Shown: piece by piece, positions 11,591 to 24,894 of the stretch
How the letters are laid out: every line of letters starts with the position of its first letter
Numbering within the stretch: the first letter of the stretch is position 1
DNA from: Squalus acanthias
Lineage: Eukaryota
DNA length: 64,000 nucleotides
Direction: 5' to 3'
Assembly (NCBI GenBank): GCA_030390025.1
Contig: CM059432.1
Location: 149,360,001-149,424,000, forward strand
The notes under the pieces: generated by a model
What the model saw: only the letters and a program-made list of their open reading frames with translations
What the model was told of the DNA's origin: nothing
Databases searched by the model: none
Program-made: the position numbers and the translations under genes

Positions 11591-14559
11591 CTGATAAACA
11601 ACTGCTCTGGCCCTGAAGAACTAATTTTATACCGGTGGAATGTCAAATTTCTCCATTAAGTTAAAAATTATTAGATTTTAAAATTAATAAAATATATATA
11701 TTTTTAAAAGTTTGTTCATGATATTTCAGCTTCTACCTTAACCCAGTGTATGGGGAAAAAAAATCTTTATTTTGCTCTCTGTAATTTTTTTAAAAAGTGA
11801 TTGTTAGTGCTTTCTAGTTCATGGTCTGAGAGAATTCTGCATTGTGATTGGCTGCTTAGACAGCTTGTTGCCATCACAGCAGCTGGCACTGGGGGATTCC
11901 CACTAGACTACGTTGATTTCAGCTGTATGTCGGAAAAGCCGAACCTCTGGCCACAGATGGTGAGATCTTTGTGGGAAGCTTATTTCAGTGCTTGCGGCGA
12001 AGGCCTTTGCTTCGCCGCTGACCGCAAAGTATGGGCCAAGGTCTTTTTGTGAGCTACACGCAATAGACATAAACATATTATAAGTTAATCCGGGAGACGC
12101 CAGTATTCTAACCTGTAACTAGCTTAACTTGCATGTTTCCGGAGGTCCTCAGTTCACGATTTAAGCCCTAAAATCACACGTATGTGACTACTCGCGCATT
12201 TGTTCCTCACAGGATCATATCAAGGAAAGAGGGAGGCAATCCCGTATAATGAACTAACAAACCTATCTTTGCCTAGAGTACAGTCATTAAAACAAATGAC
12301 TGCTCTGGTCTCGGTTATCGCGTCCTTGACTTATCACATTTTACATTCTGCAGCTAGTGATGTTTAGACTGGAGTCTGCTGAATCTTCAGTTCTGTGTTC
12401 CTTCAGTGGGATCACTTTTTAAGGTGATGAATTAAGCGCATTCCATTAAAAGCATGTTGTTTGAACTGCAATGCTTCTTTTTAACCTTGTAGCATGTTGG
12501 TACTAGTACACTAAATAAGTTGAGTGACAATCCCATTGCACTTTCTCTAGCTGCTATTTTCAGATTTTTCTTTTAATATGGTTGTAGCTTGCGGATAGTT
12601 TGACTATTTTGACTTTAAAACATTTTCAAGGGGGTTAGCAGGCAGGTCATTTGTTAGAGAAAGGATCTCACAATTGAGAACTGGGAGGGAAGGAAGAGAA
12701 TGCAAATTGAAGTAATCTGACTGACCGAAGCAGAGCAGAAATTCAGTGGGTGGCAGAGATCGACCGAGTAGGAAATCTGAAACAAAGTGAGGGAACAAAC
12801 AGATGGAAATTGAGGAGGGAGGAAGGGTTCAAAAAAAATGTTGGAGATGGGGGGAAATTAGAAACTGAGAGAAGAGGAGAAAGAGTAACTAAGAATGGAA
12901 ATAGGAGGAGCGGGCTGTAATCGAAACCAGGAAAGACACGTAACTGAGTGGAGAGAGGAAGGAAGATGACGCAGAGAAACAGAAACAGAAACTGGGTCTG
13001 AACTGATGTTGCAATTGTTGATTCACAGTTCTCTCTCCAGCTTTGTTTATGTTGAATTTTTTTTTTTAATCAGAGGCTCAGAGAATTGGCCTGCTGACCT
13101 TTCTGATCCCAGCTCCATTCAACAAACATCATTGGCAAGCACCCAGTCTTGCCAAATTTACCCTTGGATATTTCATGTTGTGACTCCAATCATCCAGCCT
13201 CATTGCTGAAACGCTTGCCGCTGCTGGTTTCATTAGCATTCAGCAGTAGTAATTCTTGTAATCCTTCTCCGTGTCCAGTGTTGAAGAACTTACTCCACAA
13301 TGTTACTCTTGACAGCTGGCGTAATTGGAACTGATTTTTAAATTCTTTCGAAGTTGGCCCAAATTAAGAACTTCAAAACAAAAACTGAACGAGTTTAGAT
13401 TAGCTCCACCTGAGGCAGTCATTCAAACTTGTTACAATTTTTCGGTGAGTGCAAAGGAACGATCGGGTGGGGGGGTCGGGGGTTGGGGGGGGGTGGGGGG
13501 AAGCAAATCGTAAGCAGTAGATCAGGTGCGCTAACTTTCACACCTGAATTCCCAGTCAATGTTCTCATCATTGCAAAGCTTTGCCCCAGATGTGCTAAAT
13601 CGATTGCCCCCTGTGCTTCTGCAAATAGAGTTGCAGAAACCCTCTCATTTTTGAAATTTATTGTGATTAGTATTCGTGTGAGCGCAGGTTGGATTTTATT
13701 TTGTCTTGGTTTAATTGTTTGGAAATGCTGGGAAAATGTGTTCAAATAAGGGGATGTGTGCAGCGCAAGTCCTGTGCTATAATCACCCACGTTAACAAAG
13801 AGATGCAGAGTAACGATGGAACCAGCCAGTTTAGAATTGCTCAATACAAAATACAAGGCCGTTAACTTGAATAACGTGAAGTATATCTTGAAACCAGTAT
13901 TTGCATAAAAGTTACACTGTAAATGCATCGAGTGGCAAATACTTCAGCTAATTTTTTGAGGCTCTTGTTGCACCTTCATTATGTATGTCTTTCTATTTAA
14001 TTTCGAGTTTAATGTTTGTAACTACATATCTTTTACTAAATGAGCAGCATGAAATGTGCAGGCTATATTGCATAGTCACCCCATTCAATAGTGCCAAATT
14101 TAATATGTTATAAATATAACAAAGCTATAACTTGCCCGCTTGCTAATTCTCACTGACCTCCGTTGGCTTCTTGTCCTCCAGTGAATTGAATTCAGAATCC
14201 TCGACCTTATTGTAAACCCCTGGATGACCTCGGCCCATCCTGTCTCCAGTTTCCTCCAGCCCTCTGTCTCTGCCTGTGCCCTTTGGCACTCTGACTCGAG
14301 CCTCCCCTATCCCCTTCCACCATCAGTGGCAAAACTTTCAACCATCTCAGCCCTGCTTCTCTGGAGTTCCCTCCCTAAAACCCTTTCTCCTTGCTACCTC
14401 TGTCCCCTCCTTGAAAACCATTCTCCAAACCCATCTCCTCCGCCATTCTCTTGGTCACCTCTCCTAATTAGTACACTTCTGTACTCTCTGTACAGCAATG
14501 TCTGACGTGTAATTCTTTAAAGGTACGACATAAATACAGGTTGTTGTATACTTCCCCAG

Positions 14560-14960
14560 TGTCAGCTGTGGCTCAGTGGGAAGCACACTCGTCTCTGAGT
14601 CAGAAGGTTGTGGGTTCAAGTCCCACTCCAGGGACTTGAGCACATAAAGCTAGGCTGACACGTTAAACCAAGGCCCCGTCTGCGCTCAGGTGGACGTAAA
14701 AGATCTTATGGCACTATTTCGAAGAAGAGCAGGGGAGTTATCCTCGATGTACTGGCCAATATTTATCCCTCAACCAACATAACAAAATCAGATTATCTGG
14801 TCATTATCACATTGCTGTTTGTGGGACCTTGCTATGTGCAAATTGGCTGCCGTGTTTGTCTACATAACAGTGACTCCACTTGAAAGAAATTAATTGGTTG
14901 TGAAGTGCTTTGGCATTTCCCGAGGATGTGAAAGGTGCTATGTAAATTGAAGTTTGTTCT
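14560..14960 (+). mobile_element. tRNA-derived SINE (Deu/SacSINE-like) with L2-type tail
   Basis: A/B-box head tggctcagtggg...gggttcaagtccc, conserved body gattatctggtcattatcacattgctgtttgtggga and tail aaggtgctatgtaaat. Confidence 0.75.
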
Positions 14961-15087
14961 TTTCTCACTACCTGTCTCTCTTTTTCTTTCTTTTATGTTG
15001 ACTTGTTTGGGGTGTCATGGAAAGTAGCTAATTAGCAAATCATGTCATTCCACAAGAGGAGAAGTTGCCGTTATAAGGAATATATAA

Positions 15088-15316
15088 CCCAGAGAGTGGT
15101 GAGAATGTGGAACTCGCTACCACGGGGAGTGGTTGAAGCAAATAGTTTCGATGCATTTAAGGGGTGGTTAGACAAGCATATGAGGGAGAAGGGAAGAGCG
15201 GGTTATGCTGATAGATTTAGATGAGGAAAGACGGGAGGAGGCTCGAGTGGAGCATAAACGCCGGCATGGACTGGTTGGGCCGAATGGCCTGTTTCTGTGC
15301 CGTATATCCTATGTAA
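15088..15316 (+). mobile_element. CR1/HER1 LINE 3' fragment
   Basis: TQRVVRMWNSLP..FKGWLDKHM, near-identical to 5155-5400. Confidence 0.85.
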
Positions 15317-15577
15317 TACAACGCTTTCAACCTATATGTTATCCACCAGCTAAAAACTTTCTTCCTGGCAGCTGGCTTTGGTGAGTCTGGGCAGTTTTAT
15401 ATTTAGCTGTGTAACACCCACCCATCCACACTCGGGAACCCAGCAGAACTAGCGTGTGTCTCAAGCAATGTAAAAGCCCCTGGAAAGTATCCAAGACCTT
15501 TACTGTAGTATTCACTAGAAAGGAGGCTGATGGGTCACAGTAACAAAATTTAAATGTGTTCATTTTTTTTCTGTTAG

Positions 15578-15714
15578 AGAATGGAGCTGATTGTACTTGC
15601 AAATCAACTGAAAGGTATCGGAAATGAAGCATTTAGACAACGGCATTATCTTGTTGCGATCCAGAAATATGATGAAGCTTTGCACATCCTGCAGAGTCTG
15701 CAGCCATTTGGGAG
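15578..15714 (+). CDS. TRANK1: TRANK1 coding exon (ATG at 15581), TPR1: MELIVLANQLKGIGNEAFRQRHYLVAIQKYDEALHIL
   Basis: tttctgttag| acceptor, AG|gtaaga donor (phase 2), canonical TPR pattern LKxxGNxxF...A...Y..AL, in phase with the next exon. Confidence 0.85.
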
Positions 15715-17780
15715 GTAAGAATTGTTTCTGAGTTTGGAGATGTTACACAGGATTCCCGTCATGTGGCCCTTCCCATCAGTGCCCTTCCTCCAGGTTTCAG
15801 TGGAGTACCGAGGCGGGTCAATGTAAAATGGGTTGCAGTGCTGGGATTTCTGTTCTGGGATCAAATCGCTCTGTTGGGGCTTGAGGTATGAGGCGGAGCA
15901 CACATTTCACTCCTTGCCGGCACCATTGACTGAGCGGGCCACTCGGGGGCTGCGTGTTGTTTGCCTTTTCCATTCTTCGTTCCCCCATCTCGGAACTTGA
16001 TTTCTCTGGTGCACTGCTGTGAGAACACGGGGGGTGCTCCTGAGGTGAATTTTTGTGCGGAGGGATAAAGCGTACAATTTGCAAGATAAGGGAGTGAAGG
16101 GTTATGGGGAGCGGGCAGGGAAGTGGCTTTGAGCCCAAGATCAGCCATGACCTTATTGAATGGCGGAGCAGGCTCGAGGGGCCGAGTGGCCTAATTCCTG
16201 TTCCTATTTCTTATGTTCTTATACATCAACTCTTGATGTGGCGCTAGGCGTACGCACTTCAACACGTTGCACGGTTTTTTCAAACGTGAACATTTGGGTG
16301 AATTGTGTGACAATTAATACTTCAGTTTATTGAACAGCATTAAAATGAAGCACACCTTGGCCAGGTATAAGTCGCTGTAGATTCGGAGAAACACTGCTCT
16401 ATAAATGTGCTGTCACTCCCAAGATGAGATTATCTCACAACAATCCCTACTGTACCGCTTGACTGTTGCATTTCACAGAACATTAATTGAGAATTGACAA
16501 TTGATAAAGGAACAGTATTTCAATTTAATCATTCATTCTCTTTGTGTATGTACCTGCACATATGCTCGCTGTCTCCCCCTCTCTCTCATCTCTGATGTTT
16601 TTACACAATATTTATAACTGTAAAATGTATATACCTATAACATATTAAAAAGTTAACACCTGCATGCACTTTCTGTCTACAGAACCTTACTTCCCATTGT
16701 CACATTTTTGTTACACTTTTGTGCCAACATTTTCCATTCTAAATTCCTATGTCTACACTTACAATGTTTACATAGGCAGTTGCCATTGTAATTACACCCT
16801 CCCAGCAGTGGTGGCGCTTTAATAGCCTGCCGAGGGCTCAGTGAGTAATGGCCCCTCCAAGCAGCAGCAGTTACTGGACAGTGATCGGATGATGGGGCCC
16901 ATTCAACTCGGGCTCCTTCCAGTGCTCTAGCTGAGAGTTGTCTCTGTTTTCAGTTTGCTCCCCTCTAGAAAGCACTGACTCGCACAGTAAAATAAATTAA
17001 TAACACTTTATGACGCTTGAACACAGAAATAAAAATGCTTTTTTTTAACTCGCAGAACCAGGATTTCATCAGAAGCCGTAGAATTGCCCTTATGTCTGAG
17101 CAATTTAAATAATTCAGTGGCCTCGTCCCTCCCTGTCTCTCGAACCTCCTTCAGCCCACCCCAGCTTGTGCATTCCCCTCTCCTATCACCTTCAGCCTAG
17201 GGTTACCAGCTCTGGCTTGATGTCATCCTGGAGATTTGATCATGTGATATTTGATCACATGGTGTTCGATCACGTGACACCACTCATGCTAATCACATCA
17301 TATTTGATCACATGACATTTGCCCATTGTTTGCAAATGTTACTGCATTTACCTTAGTTGAGTGTCTCCATGTCACCAAGTCCTGAATAAAATATTTGACT
17401 TTGTTTTGTAGTGAGATGAATAGCAATTTATAAATCAAAAAAAACCACAAAAGCATCGAAAGATTTAATGTTAAGTAATGTGACAAATGAGAAGCGCCAA
17501 GTAAATTCCTCTGATTCAACAAAACATCATCGATATAAATAACTTCTAACTGAAGTTTTCATACGATTTTCTGACTTTTTACAATACACAGCAAGTTATA
17601 AACCTAGTAAATAAAACCAAAACCAAACCCAATTCAATTCACTGACTCCCGCACCCCACCACTGAAGCCCAGCTTCAGAGAGCTCAGGCTCAATCCTCCA
17701 AACAACACCAAAGCTTGCCTGACTCCCAGAACATTATACAACAGCGCACAACACAGGCCGACAGGAACTCTCCCTCATTC

Positions 17781-17815
17781 CAGTTTGTGTTTCTCTCTCT
17801 CTCTCCCCCCAGTTT

Positions 17816-17874
<59 letters not shown>

Positions 17875-17978
17875 CCCAGTTTGTGTCTCTCTCTCTCTCT
17901 CCCTCCCCAGTTTGTGTTTCTCTCTCTCTCCCTCCCCCAGTTTGTGTTTCTCTCTCTCTCTCTCCCTCCTCCAGTTTG

Positions 17979-18014
<36 letters not shown>

Positions 18015-18115
18015 CCCAGTTTGTGTTTCTCTCTCTCTCCCTCCCCCAGTTTGTGTTTCTCTCTCTCCCTCCCCCAGTTTGTGTTTCTCTCTCTCTCTCT
18101 CCCTCCTCCAGTTTG

Positions 18116-18167
<52 letters not shown>

Positions 18168-18212
18168 CCTCAGTTTGTGTTTTTCTCTCTCTCCCTCCAG
18201 TTTGTGTTTCTC
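17781..18212. repeat. Composite tandem repeat ccagtttgtgtt(tc)n-cctcc
   Basis: About 11 units with variable (TC)n length. Confidence 0.95.
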
Positions 18213-18744
18213 TCAGGAGTCAGAGTTTCCAGGTGATTTTTGTTGGCCTCGATGCCGCCATCCTCACAACTGGTAAGGAAGTGTTGTTTTCCGAATAGCG
18301 GGGGGTCCAGCAGGGCCCATACAATGCGAATTGGCTGCAAACCACGACAGCCAGGGGACTGCGCGTGCGTGAACTGTGCATACAAGGACCGTTTCTCCCG
18401 AGTTGCCAGTGGCAGTGTGCGGGAGACCAATCGCCCATTTGGTAGACGGGTTGTGATCCCTACTTCAGCCACCTGGGCCCTACACTTTGGAATTCCTCCC
18501 TAACCCCTCTGCCACTCCACTTCTCGCTCCTTCTTTAAAACTCACCATTCTCGTCACCCCTCCTACCATCTCCTCCATCGGCTTAGTGACCAATTTTTCT
18601 CTTGCGCCCCTGAAGTCCCTCAGGACGTTGCTTCCATGTTATCGGCATTGCATAAATGCAAGTTATCGTTAACTTGCTGAAGCCTCAGCATTTTTTCAAC
18701 AGTTTCTGGACAAAGGGGAAGAGTGCACTTTGTCAGTGGAGTAT

Positions 18745-18864
18745 AAAAGTGAGAAGTCGCACAACACCAGGTTATAGTCCAACAGTTTTATTTGAACTAT
18801 AACCTGGTGTTGTGCGACTTCTCACTTTTGTCCACCCCAGTCCAACACCGGCATCTCCGCATCA
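18745..18864. mobile_element. Penelope-like element remnant (inverted-repeat form) with 12-bp flanking duplication
   Basis: 34-bp perfect inverted arms (18745-18778 / 18796-18829). tcagtggagtat is repeated at 18733 and 18862. Same family as 58102-58265. Confidence 0.7.
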
Positions 18865-19529
18865 GTGGAGTATGAAATAGGTGCTATTAAATTGAACATT
18901 TTAAAAACAGTTTGGTTCTTAATAATGTGCATAGGAACCAGAGTGTGAGGAAAGGGGGTCAGGTGGTGTCGTACTGATTGGGCTGCGGTTCACTATATCT
19001 TTGACCTCTGATACTTAACCAATTAATGTTCAAAAATGTCACTAGCAAGAGATGAGAGAAATTATGTATTGCTTGGCCTACTGACGTCTATTATGATTAG
19101 AATCATAGAATCACACAGCACAGGAAGAGGCCATTCGGCCCATCGTGCCTGTGCCGGCTCTTTGAAAGAGCTCTCCAATTAGTCCCACTCCCCCTGCTCT
19201 TTCCCCACAGCCCTGCAAATGTTTCCTTTTCTATTATATATCCAGTTACCTTTTGAAAGATACGATTGAATCTGCTTCCATCACCCTTTCAGGCAGTGCA
19301 TTCATAACTCGCTGCATAAAAAAAAATTCTCCCCATTTCCCCTCTGGTTCTTTTGCTGATTATCTTGAATCTGTGTCCTCTGGTTACCGACCCTCCTGCC
19401 AGTGGAAACAGTGTCTCTCCTATCTACTCTATCAAAACCCTTCATTAACAACAGAATTGATTGAAAGCTCTTGAACTAAAAGCAGTGAATGAAAATCGGT
19501 CCCTCAGACGCTACAGAAAATCAGTGATG

Positions 19530-20705
19530 ACATCCTAATTGACGAAAGCGAAAGTGGATGGTCGTGGGTAGCAGTGTCCCACAGGCTCTGCTTTGGGAAA
19601 GCTGCTGTTCACTGTGTACATCAGTGATTTGGATAAAGGGTAAAGGCTGGGGTGCCCAAATTTGCAGACGATAATAAAGGAGGATTCATTCTAGATAATT
19701 CTGAGGACCAATGGAAGCTGCGATGGGCTATTGCTCAGATGGTGGAATGAGCAAAAAATAGTGGCAGATGGAATTCAGTGTCAGTAAATGTGAGGTGATA
19801 CATTTTGATTTTTTTTAAAAATAGTAGTAATTATACTTTGAATGGGGGGATGGTGGAGTGATGAGGAGAGGGATTTGAGGGTTCAAGGTTCATAAGATAT
19901 TAAAAGCAGTGCCTCAATTGGATAAGGCCAGAAGAAAGTTATTGGAAGACTGGGTTTCACAACGAGGTGTAGAATGTAAAAGTTGAGATGTGAAGATGAA
20001 TCTTTACAAAACCATAGTAAGACAACAGTTGGAGTAATGTGTGCAATTTTGGGCCCCACACTGTCGGAAGGGTGTTGAGCCAATAGAGAGGGTGCAGCAC
20101 AGATTCACCAGGATGCTGCCTGGTATGAGCAAATACAAAGGAAGACTCTGAAAAATTGTGACTAATCTCATTGGAATGGAGGAGATTATGGGGTGATTTG
20201 ATAGAGGTATTTAAAATTATGATGGGAGTGGGACAGGGTAGCTAGAAACGGACTGTTTCATAAGAACATAAGACGTAGGAGCAGGAGTCGGTCATTCGGC
20301 CCCTCGAGCCTGCTCCGCCATTCAATGAGATCATGGCTGATCTGATCTTGGCCTCAGCTCCCCATAACCCTCGACTCCCTTATCGTTCAAAAATCTGTCC
20401 ATCTCCACCGTAAATATATTCAATGAGTATAAGTGCCAGTAGCTGAGCGATCTAGAATGAGGTTACACAGATATGAGATTTAGGACAGAGTGCTGGAGGA
20501 ATAGTTTTTACACAGAGTGTTGAGGCTGTGAAATGCACTACTGGAGTCAGTGATTGAAGCGAAAACCATGTCAATATTTAAGAATAGGTGAGATAGGTGG
20601 CTGAAGGAAAGGGGAATAAAGGGATATGGTATTTATGTGGAGGATAAACATCAGCACGAGCTGGTTGGGTCTAATGGCCCGTTTCTGTGTTGTAATTTCT
20701 ACATA
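19530..20705 (+). mobile_element. Old CR1 LINE RT/3' fragment with a nested minus-strand CR1 tail (about 20260-20425)
   Basis: Degenerate tttgcagacgataataaa (FADD), aaatgtgaggtgatacatttt, gagagggtgcagcacagattcaccagg and 3' tail. Confidence 0.7.
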
Positions 20706-20756
20706 AGTTCGTCTTCTCGCTCAAATTTTAAATTAACGAAGATGTTCTGTTTATAG

Positions 20757-20871
20757 GGAGCTGGCTGTGCTATTCTGCAACAGGTCGAATGCCCTTTATA
20801 ACCTGGAAATGTGGCAACATGCTTTTGAATCTGCACATTATGCTACTGCCATGGACGCTACTTATATCAAG
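20757..20871 (+). CDS. TRANK1: TRANK1 exon, TPR2: ELAVLFCNRSNALYNLEMWQHAFESAHYATAMDATYIK
   Basis: tttatag| acceptor, AAG|gtaagt donor, phase 2 to 0. Resembles the N-terminal TPR of TRANK1 as I recall it. Confidence 0.93.
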
Positions 20872-21025
20872 GTAAGTGTGTGTGTGTGTGTCTCACTATC
20901 TCGTGGCGTTGATCATGGTGAGTTGGTGTATGCGTTGAAGTGTGAGGCCTACAGGGAACCTGTGTTACACACAAGGCTGCTCATTTAGGTTGCATGGTTA
21001 TTTGTGTTTCCTAACAACTATATCG

Positions 21026-21310
21026 GGAACGGTGGCATAGTGGTAATGTCACTGGGCTAGTAATCCAGAAGGTCCGGACTAATGATCCAAATCCCACCAC
21101 GGCAGCTGGGGAATTTAAATTCAGTTAATTAAGTAAATCTGGAATAAAAAGCTAGTATCAGTAATGGTGACCATGAAACTATTGAATTGTCGTAAAAACC
21201 CATCTGGTTCACTAATGTCCTTTAGGGAAGGAAACCTGCCGTCCTTACCTGGTCTGGCCTAAATGTGGTTGACTCTTAACTGCCCTCTGAAATGGCAATT
21301 AGAGAACGAA
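21026..21310 (+). mobile_element. tRNA-derived SINE
   Basis: Head ggtggcatagtggtaatgtcactgg...aatcccacc and body ctggttcactaatgtcctttagggaaggaaacctgcc. Confidence 0.65.
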
Positions 21311-21519
21311 TAAAAAAATATATATAGCACCGTTAATGTCTAAAAATGTCTCCAGGTGTTTTATAGAAGTGTAATCAGACAGAAACAGCTGGAGGCTCCA
21401 CCACACTGAATTCACTTGCACTGTCACATTTAAATTGAGCCGACCTTCTCAATGGACTGGATTTGTCTTCTATTTATTGTGTTGCTGTAATCTCTCACAA
21501 ACCTCATTTTCCAACACAG

Positions 21520-21673
21520 GGCTACTACTGGGCTGGCAATGCCAAACTGAAGATGCACGATAATTTTGGAGCGTGTCAGTTTTTCTGCGAAGGGCTAAAT
21601 ATCTTGGACACAGACAGAGAAAATTCTCTGAACCAGATTGCCGATTTCATCGTGGGGATCCTGATCGCTGACG
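21520..21673 (+). CDS. TRANK1: TRANK1 exon, TPR3: GYYWAGNAKLKMHDNFGACQFFCEGLNIL...QIADFIVGILIAD
   Basis: caacacag| acceptor and donor G|gtgcgt (phase 1). An alternative in-phase GC donor at 21712/21713 is possible. Confidence 0.85.
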
Positions 21674-22739
21674 GTGCGTTGAAACTGGCGCAGTCATCTC
21701 CAGAGCTAAATGGCAAGCTTTGAATCAATAATTTAAGTTCAGAAATGAGTTGAATATCATAGAAAAGGAATAGAATATAAAAGCTGGAACTTTGTAAATC
21801 ACTGGTTAGGCCTCAGCTGGAGTATTGTGGACAGTTCTGGGCACTTAGAAAGAGGTTTACCAGGATGTTACCAGGGATGAGGGACTTTAGTTATGACGGG
21901 AGGTTGGAGAAGTTCGGACTGTTCTCCCTGGAATACAGAGAAGGTTAAGAGCTGACCCAATAGAGGTTTTCAAGATGATGAGGGATTTTGATGGAATAGA
22001 CAGACAAAAATTATTCCCTGGCCAGTGGGTCAATATCTAAATGCCATTGATTCAAAATCATTGGCAAAAGATCTAGAGAGGAGATGGCGGCGGGGGGGGG
22101 CGGGGAGAGAGCGAAAGAGAGGAGCAGCTTCTGGCTCCAGGGGTAGAAAGGTTACTTCTGTGCCAAACCACAGAGAAGATTCATTGGTGTAACAAACAAA
22201 GGAAAAAGGGCAGCTTTTGACATGTCCTGTGTCCGGATAAAGTTGTGACAACTGCTGCCCTGTCCTGTCACGCTCTGAGCCTCCCTTTAATATCTTGACT
22301 CTTAAGAGCCAATCTTGTTGGCTTAACATCTTGATCAGCACTAAATGCAACTTAATTTACGGAATATCTTCCACGGCCGAGGTATTGGATGGCAAGCAGA
22401 AACTATTTTTAGCTCTAGGATAATGCATTCAGATTGTAATATCACCGCCACCTTGCTTGAAATCTTCATACCTAATAAATATGGGTTTGGGAAAGTATTG
22501 AATTCCGGACTTCATAAAATGCAGAGGAGGGTGTGTTGCTGGAGCTTATATAGTGTTTAGGCCAGGCTGTACTTTGGATGTGTGTAGTTTTGGTCACTGA
22601 GGCACAAACAGAACCTTCAGGCCCTGGAAACAGAGCAGGGAAGGGCCATAAGGTTAATCACCAGTGTCAAAGGACAGAGTTAGGAAGAAAGGTTAGAAAA
22701 TCTTGGACTCTTCAGCCTTGATAGTAGATGAATGAGAGG

Positions 22740-23176
22740 AAACTTTCATTTATATAACGCCTTTAAAGCTTTTCACAACCAAATGAATTGCTTTGGAAAT
22801 GTAGTCATAACTGTTTTGTCGGAAAACATGGGAGCCAATTTGTGCACAGCAAGGTTCCACAAACAGCAAATGAGATAATAACCAGTCAGTCTGTTTTTGG
22901 TGGTGTTGGTTGAGGGATGAATGTTGGCAGTGACATTGGGAGAACTCCTTGCTCTTTGGGATCTTTTATGTCCACCTCAACTGGCAGACAGGGTCTCAGT
23001 TTGACAGCTGATCTGAATATCTCGTCTGAAAGCTGGTGCCTTCAACAGTGCAGCACTCCCTCATTACTGCACTGGTGTCGGCCTAGGTTGTGTGCTCAAG
23101 TCTCTGGAGTGGGGATGGAACCCATGAACCTCTGCCTCGTAGGTGAGAATGCTGCCACTGAGCCAAGGCTTGACAC
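22740..23176 (-). mobile_element. Deu/SacSINE-like SINE
   Basis: Reverse complement of the family at 14560. Confidence 0.65.
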
Positions 23177-24289
23177 CAGATGCTGAGTGGAATAGAAAAG
23201 GCTAATCCTGAGCACTGTTTGACTGCAGGATATGGGTACAAACTGATTTAAAAAGTCAATTTAGCACTGAAGTGAGGAAGCGCCGCTTCTCAGACACAGT
23301 GATTAATACATGGGTGGGGTCATCAAGGTACAAAAAATTTGAAGTCATTCAAAAGGCAGTTAGATATTATTGGTTTAATGGGAGGATGAGTTGCATGACC
23401 TTCCCTCATCTGCATGAAGTGCCTCCTTGCTATTCTGTTACCTCATAAAAATTCTGCCTGGGATTTTGATCAATCTGAAAGCATCCTGAGCCATTTATAG
23501 GATTGATTCCCTGTCCCCCATGTGCTAGGGTACTGGTCAGGCATAACACACCTAAAGAAAGTCTATTACTGCTGCTACAGGTCGGAGAGGTCTACAGCAG
23601 TGGACATAGCTACCATGGTCAGGATCTTCTGTCCAAAAAACAGAAACCTTTGAAGGTGTTTGGCACAAATCCTTGGCTTGTTTTTAAAAAAAAATAAAAT
23701 AAACGGAGGGCTAACCTTTTAGCTGCTGCGTGTTTGTCGCTTGCTGCTCTCTGGTCAGAGAGGGGCCTGGCAGAGGGCCTGGAGCACCTCGAACAGGAAC
23801 CTGGCCGGCGAACCAACAGCAAGATATGAGTCAGGAGGGCTTGGAAATCCCAATTGTAGCCCTTTGCCTGGTCTATTGTAGTCGCAGGCACTCTATCCCG
23901 TACTAATCCCAAGGCAGCATAAAGGGGTCAGAGATCAGATAGGCATGGGTCTCAACGCCTTTATCCTGGGCTTTGCACGTGGGGAATAAGCGTTGTCAAG
24001 CCCAAAATTTGCCCCGTATGTCCATAACTCTTGCAAATCTACTATTTGAGTTGCTTTATGCAACTTTGCTGGAGTGAATCGCCATTAGCCATCTTCCTGC
24101 TTCTTGTGATTTCAATGCGTTTTCCTTTCACCTTTATGGTAGAGTAACGAGCTAATGTGTATTCTCACCAGCAAGTACCATTAAATAAGAATAAAACTAT
24201 TGATGCCTGCCTGTCAACATACATTAATGACCAGCTTAGGATTTATGATTTTTAGATCATTGTTTTAACTGCTAACCTTATTTTCATAG

Positions 24290-24390
24290 GGACTGCCAAC
24301 AGGTTAGGTGAGGTCCTAATATGGAAAAGTTACAGTTCCCAGATTTGGCAAATAGTTATCGAAAAATCTGCAAGAAAAAACTTATGGAAG
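24290..24390 (+). CDS. TRANK1: TRANK1 exon: TANRLGEVLIWKSYSSQIWQIVIEKSARKNLWK
   Basis: ttttcatag| acceptor, AAG|gtaagc donor, phase 1 to 0, WQxVIEK motif. Confidence 0.88.
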
Positions 24391-24894
24391 GTAAGCGCAG
24401 TTACTCAAAGTGATGGTGATTAAAATTGGAACTTAGCTGAACCAGATATTTGTGTTAGAACACTTAACGTACATCGTGGGAAGTAGAATCATAGAATTTT
24501 ACAGCATAGAAGGAGGCCATTCAGCCCATCACACCTATGCAAGAGCTATCCAATTGGTCCCATTCCTGTTAGCATGAGGTTTTCAATGAAGCTCTTGAAC
24601 ATTGAAGTCAGGTGTCATAGATTTATGAATACAGTACATGCAATTGTACTTAAACATACACTTATAAGGTCATACTTACAACCGCACCTGATGGTTCTGT
24701 TGGGGATGCAAACACGTTAGAGTTCTGATCTCCGTATCTTGGGCTTTTAGGAATTCAAATACTCCTCACAAACTGCCAGTTTTTATACATTTCTCTCTCT
24801 CTCTCTACATGACAATCCGCACGTTTCTGCATTACATGATTATACACAAGTTAAAACACAACTCCATATAAGGAAATTTAGTTGACTTATCCCT

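Noticed and set aside
17715..18298. Leu/Ser-rich ORFs
   Set aside because: They are (TC)n composite repeat translations.
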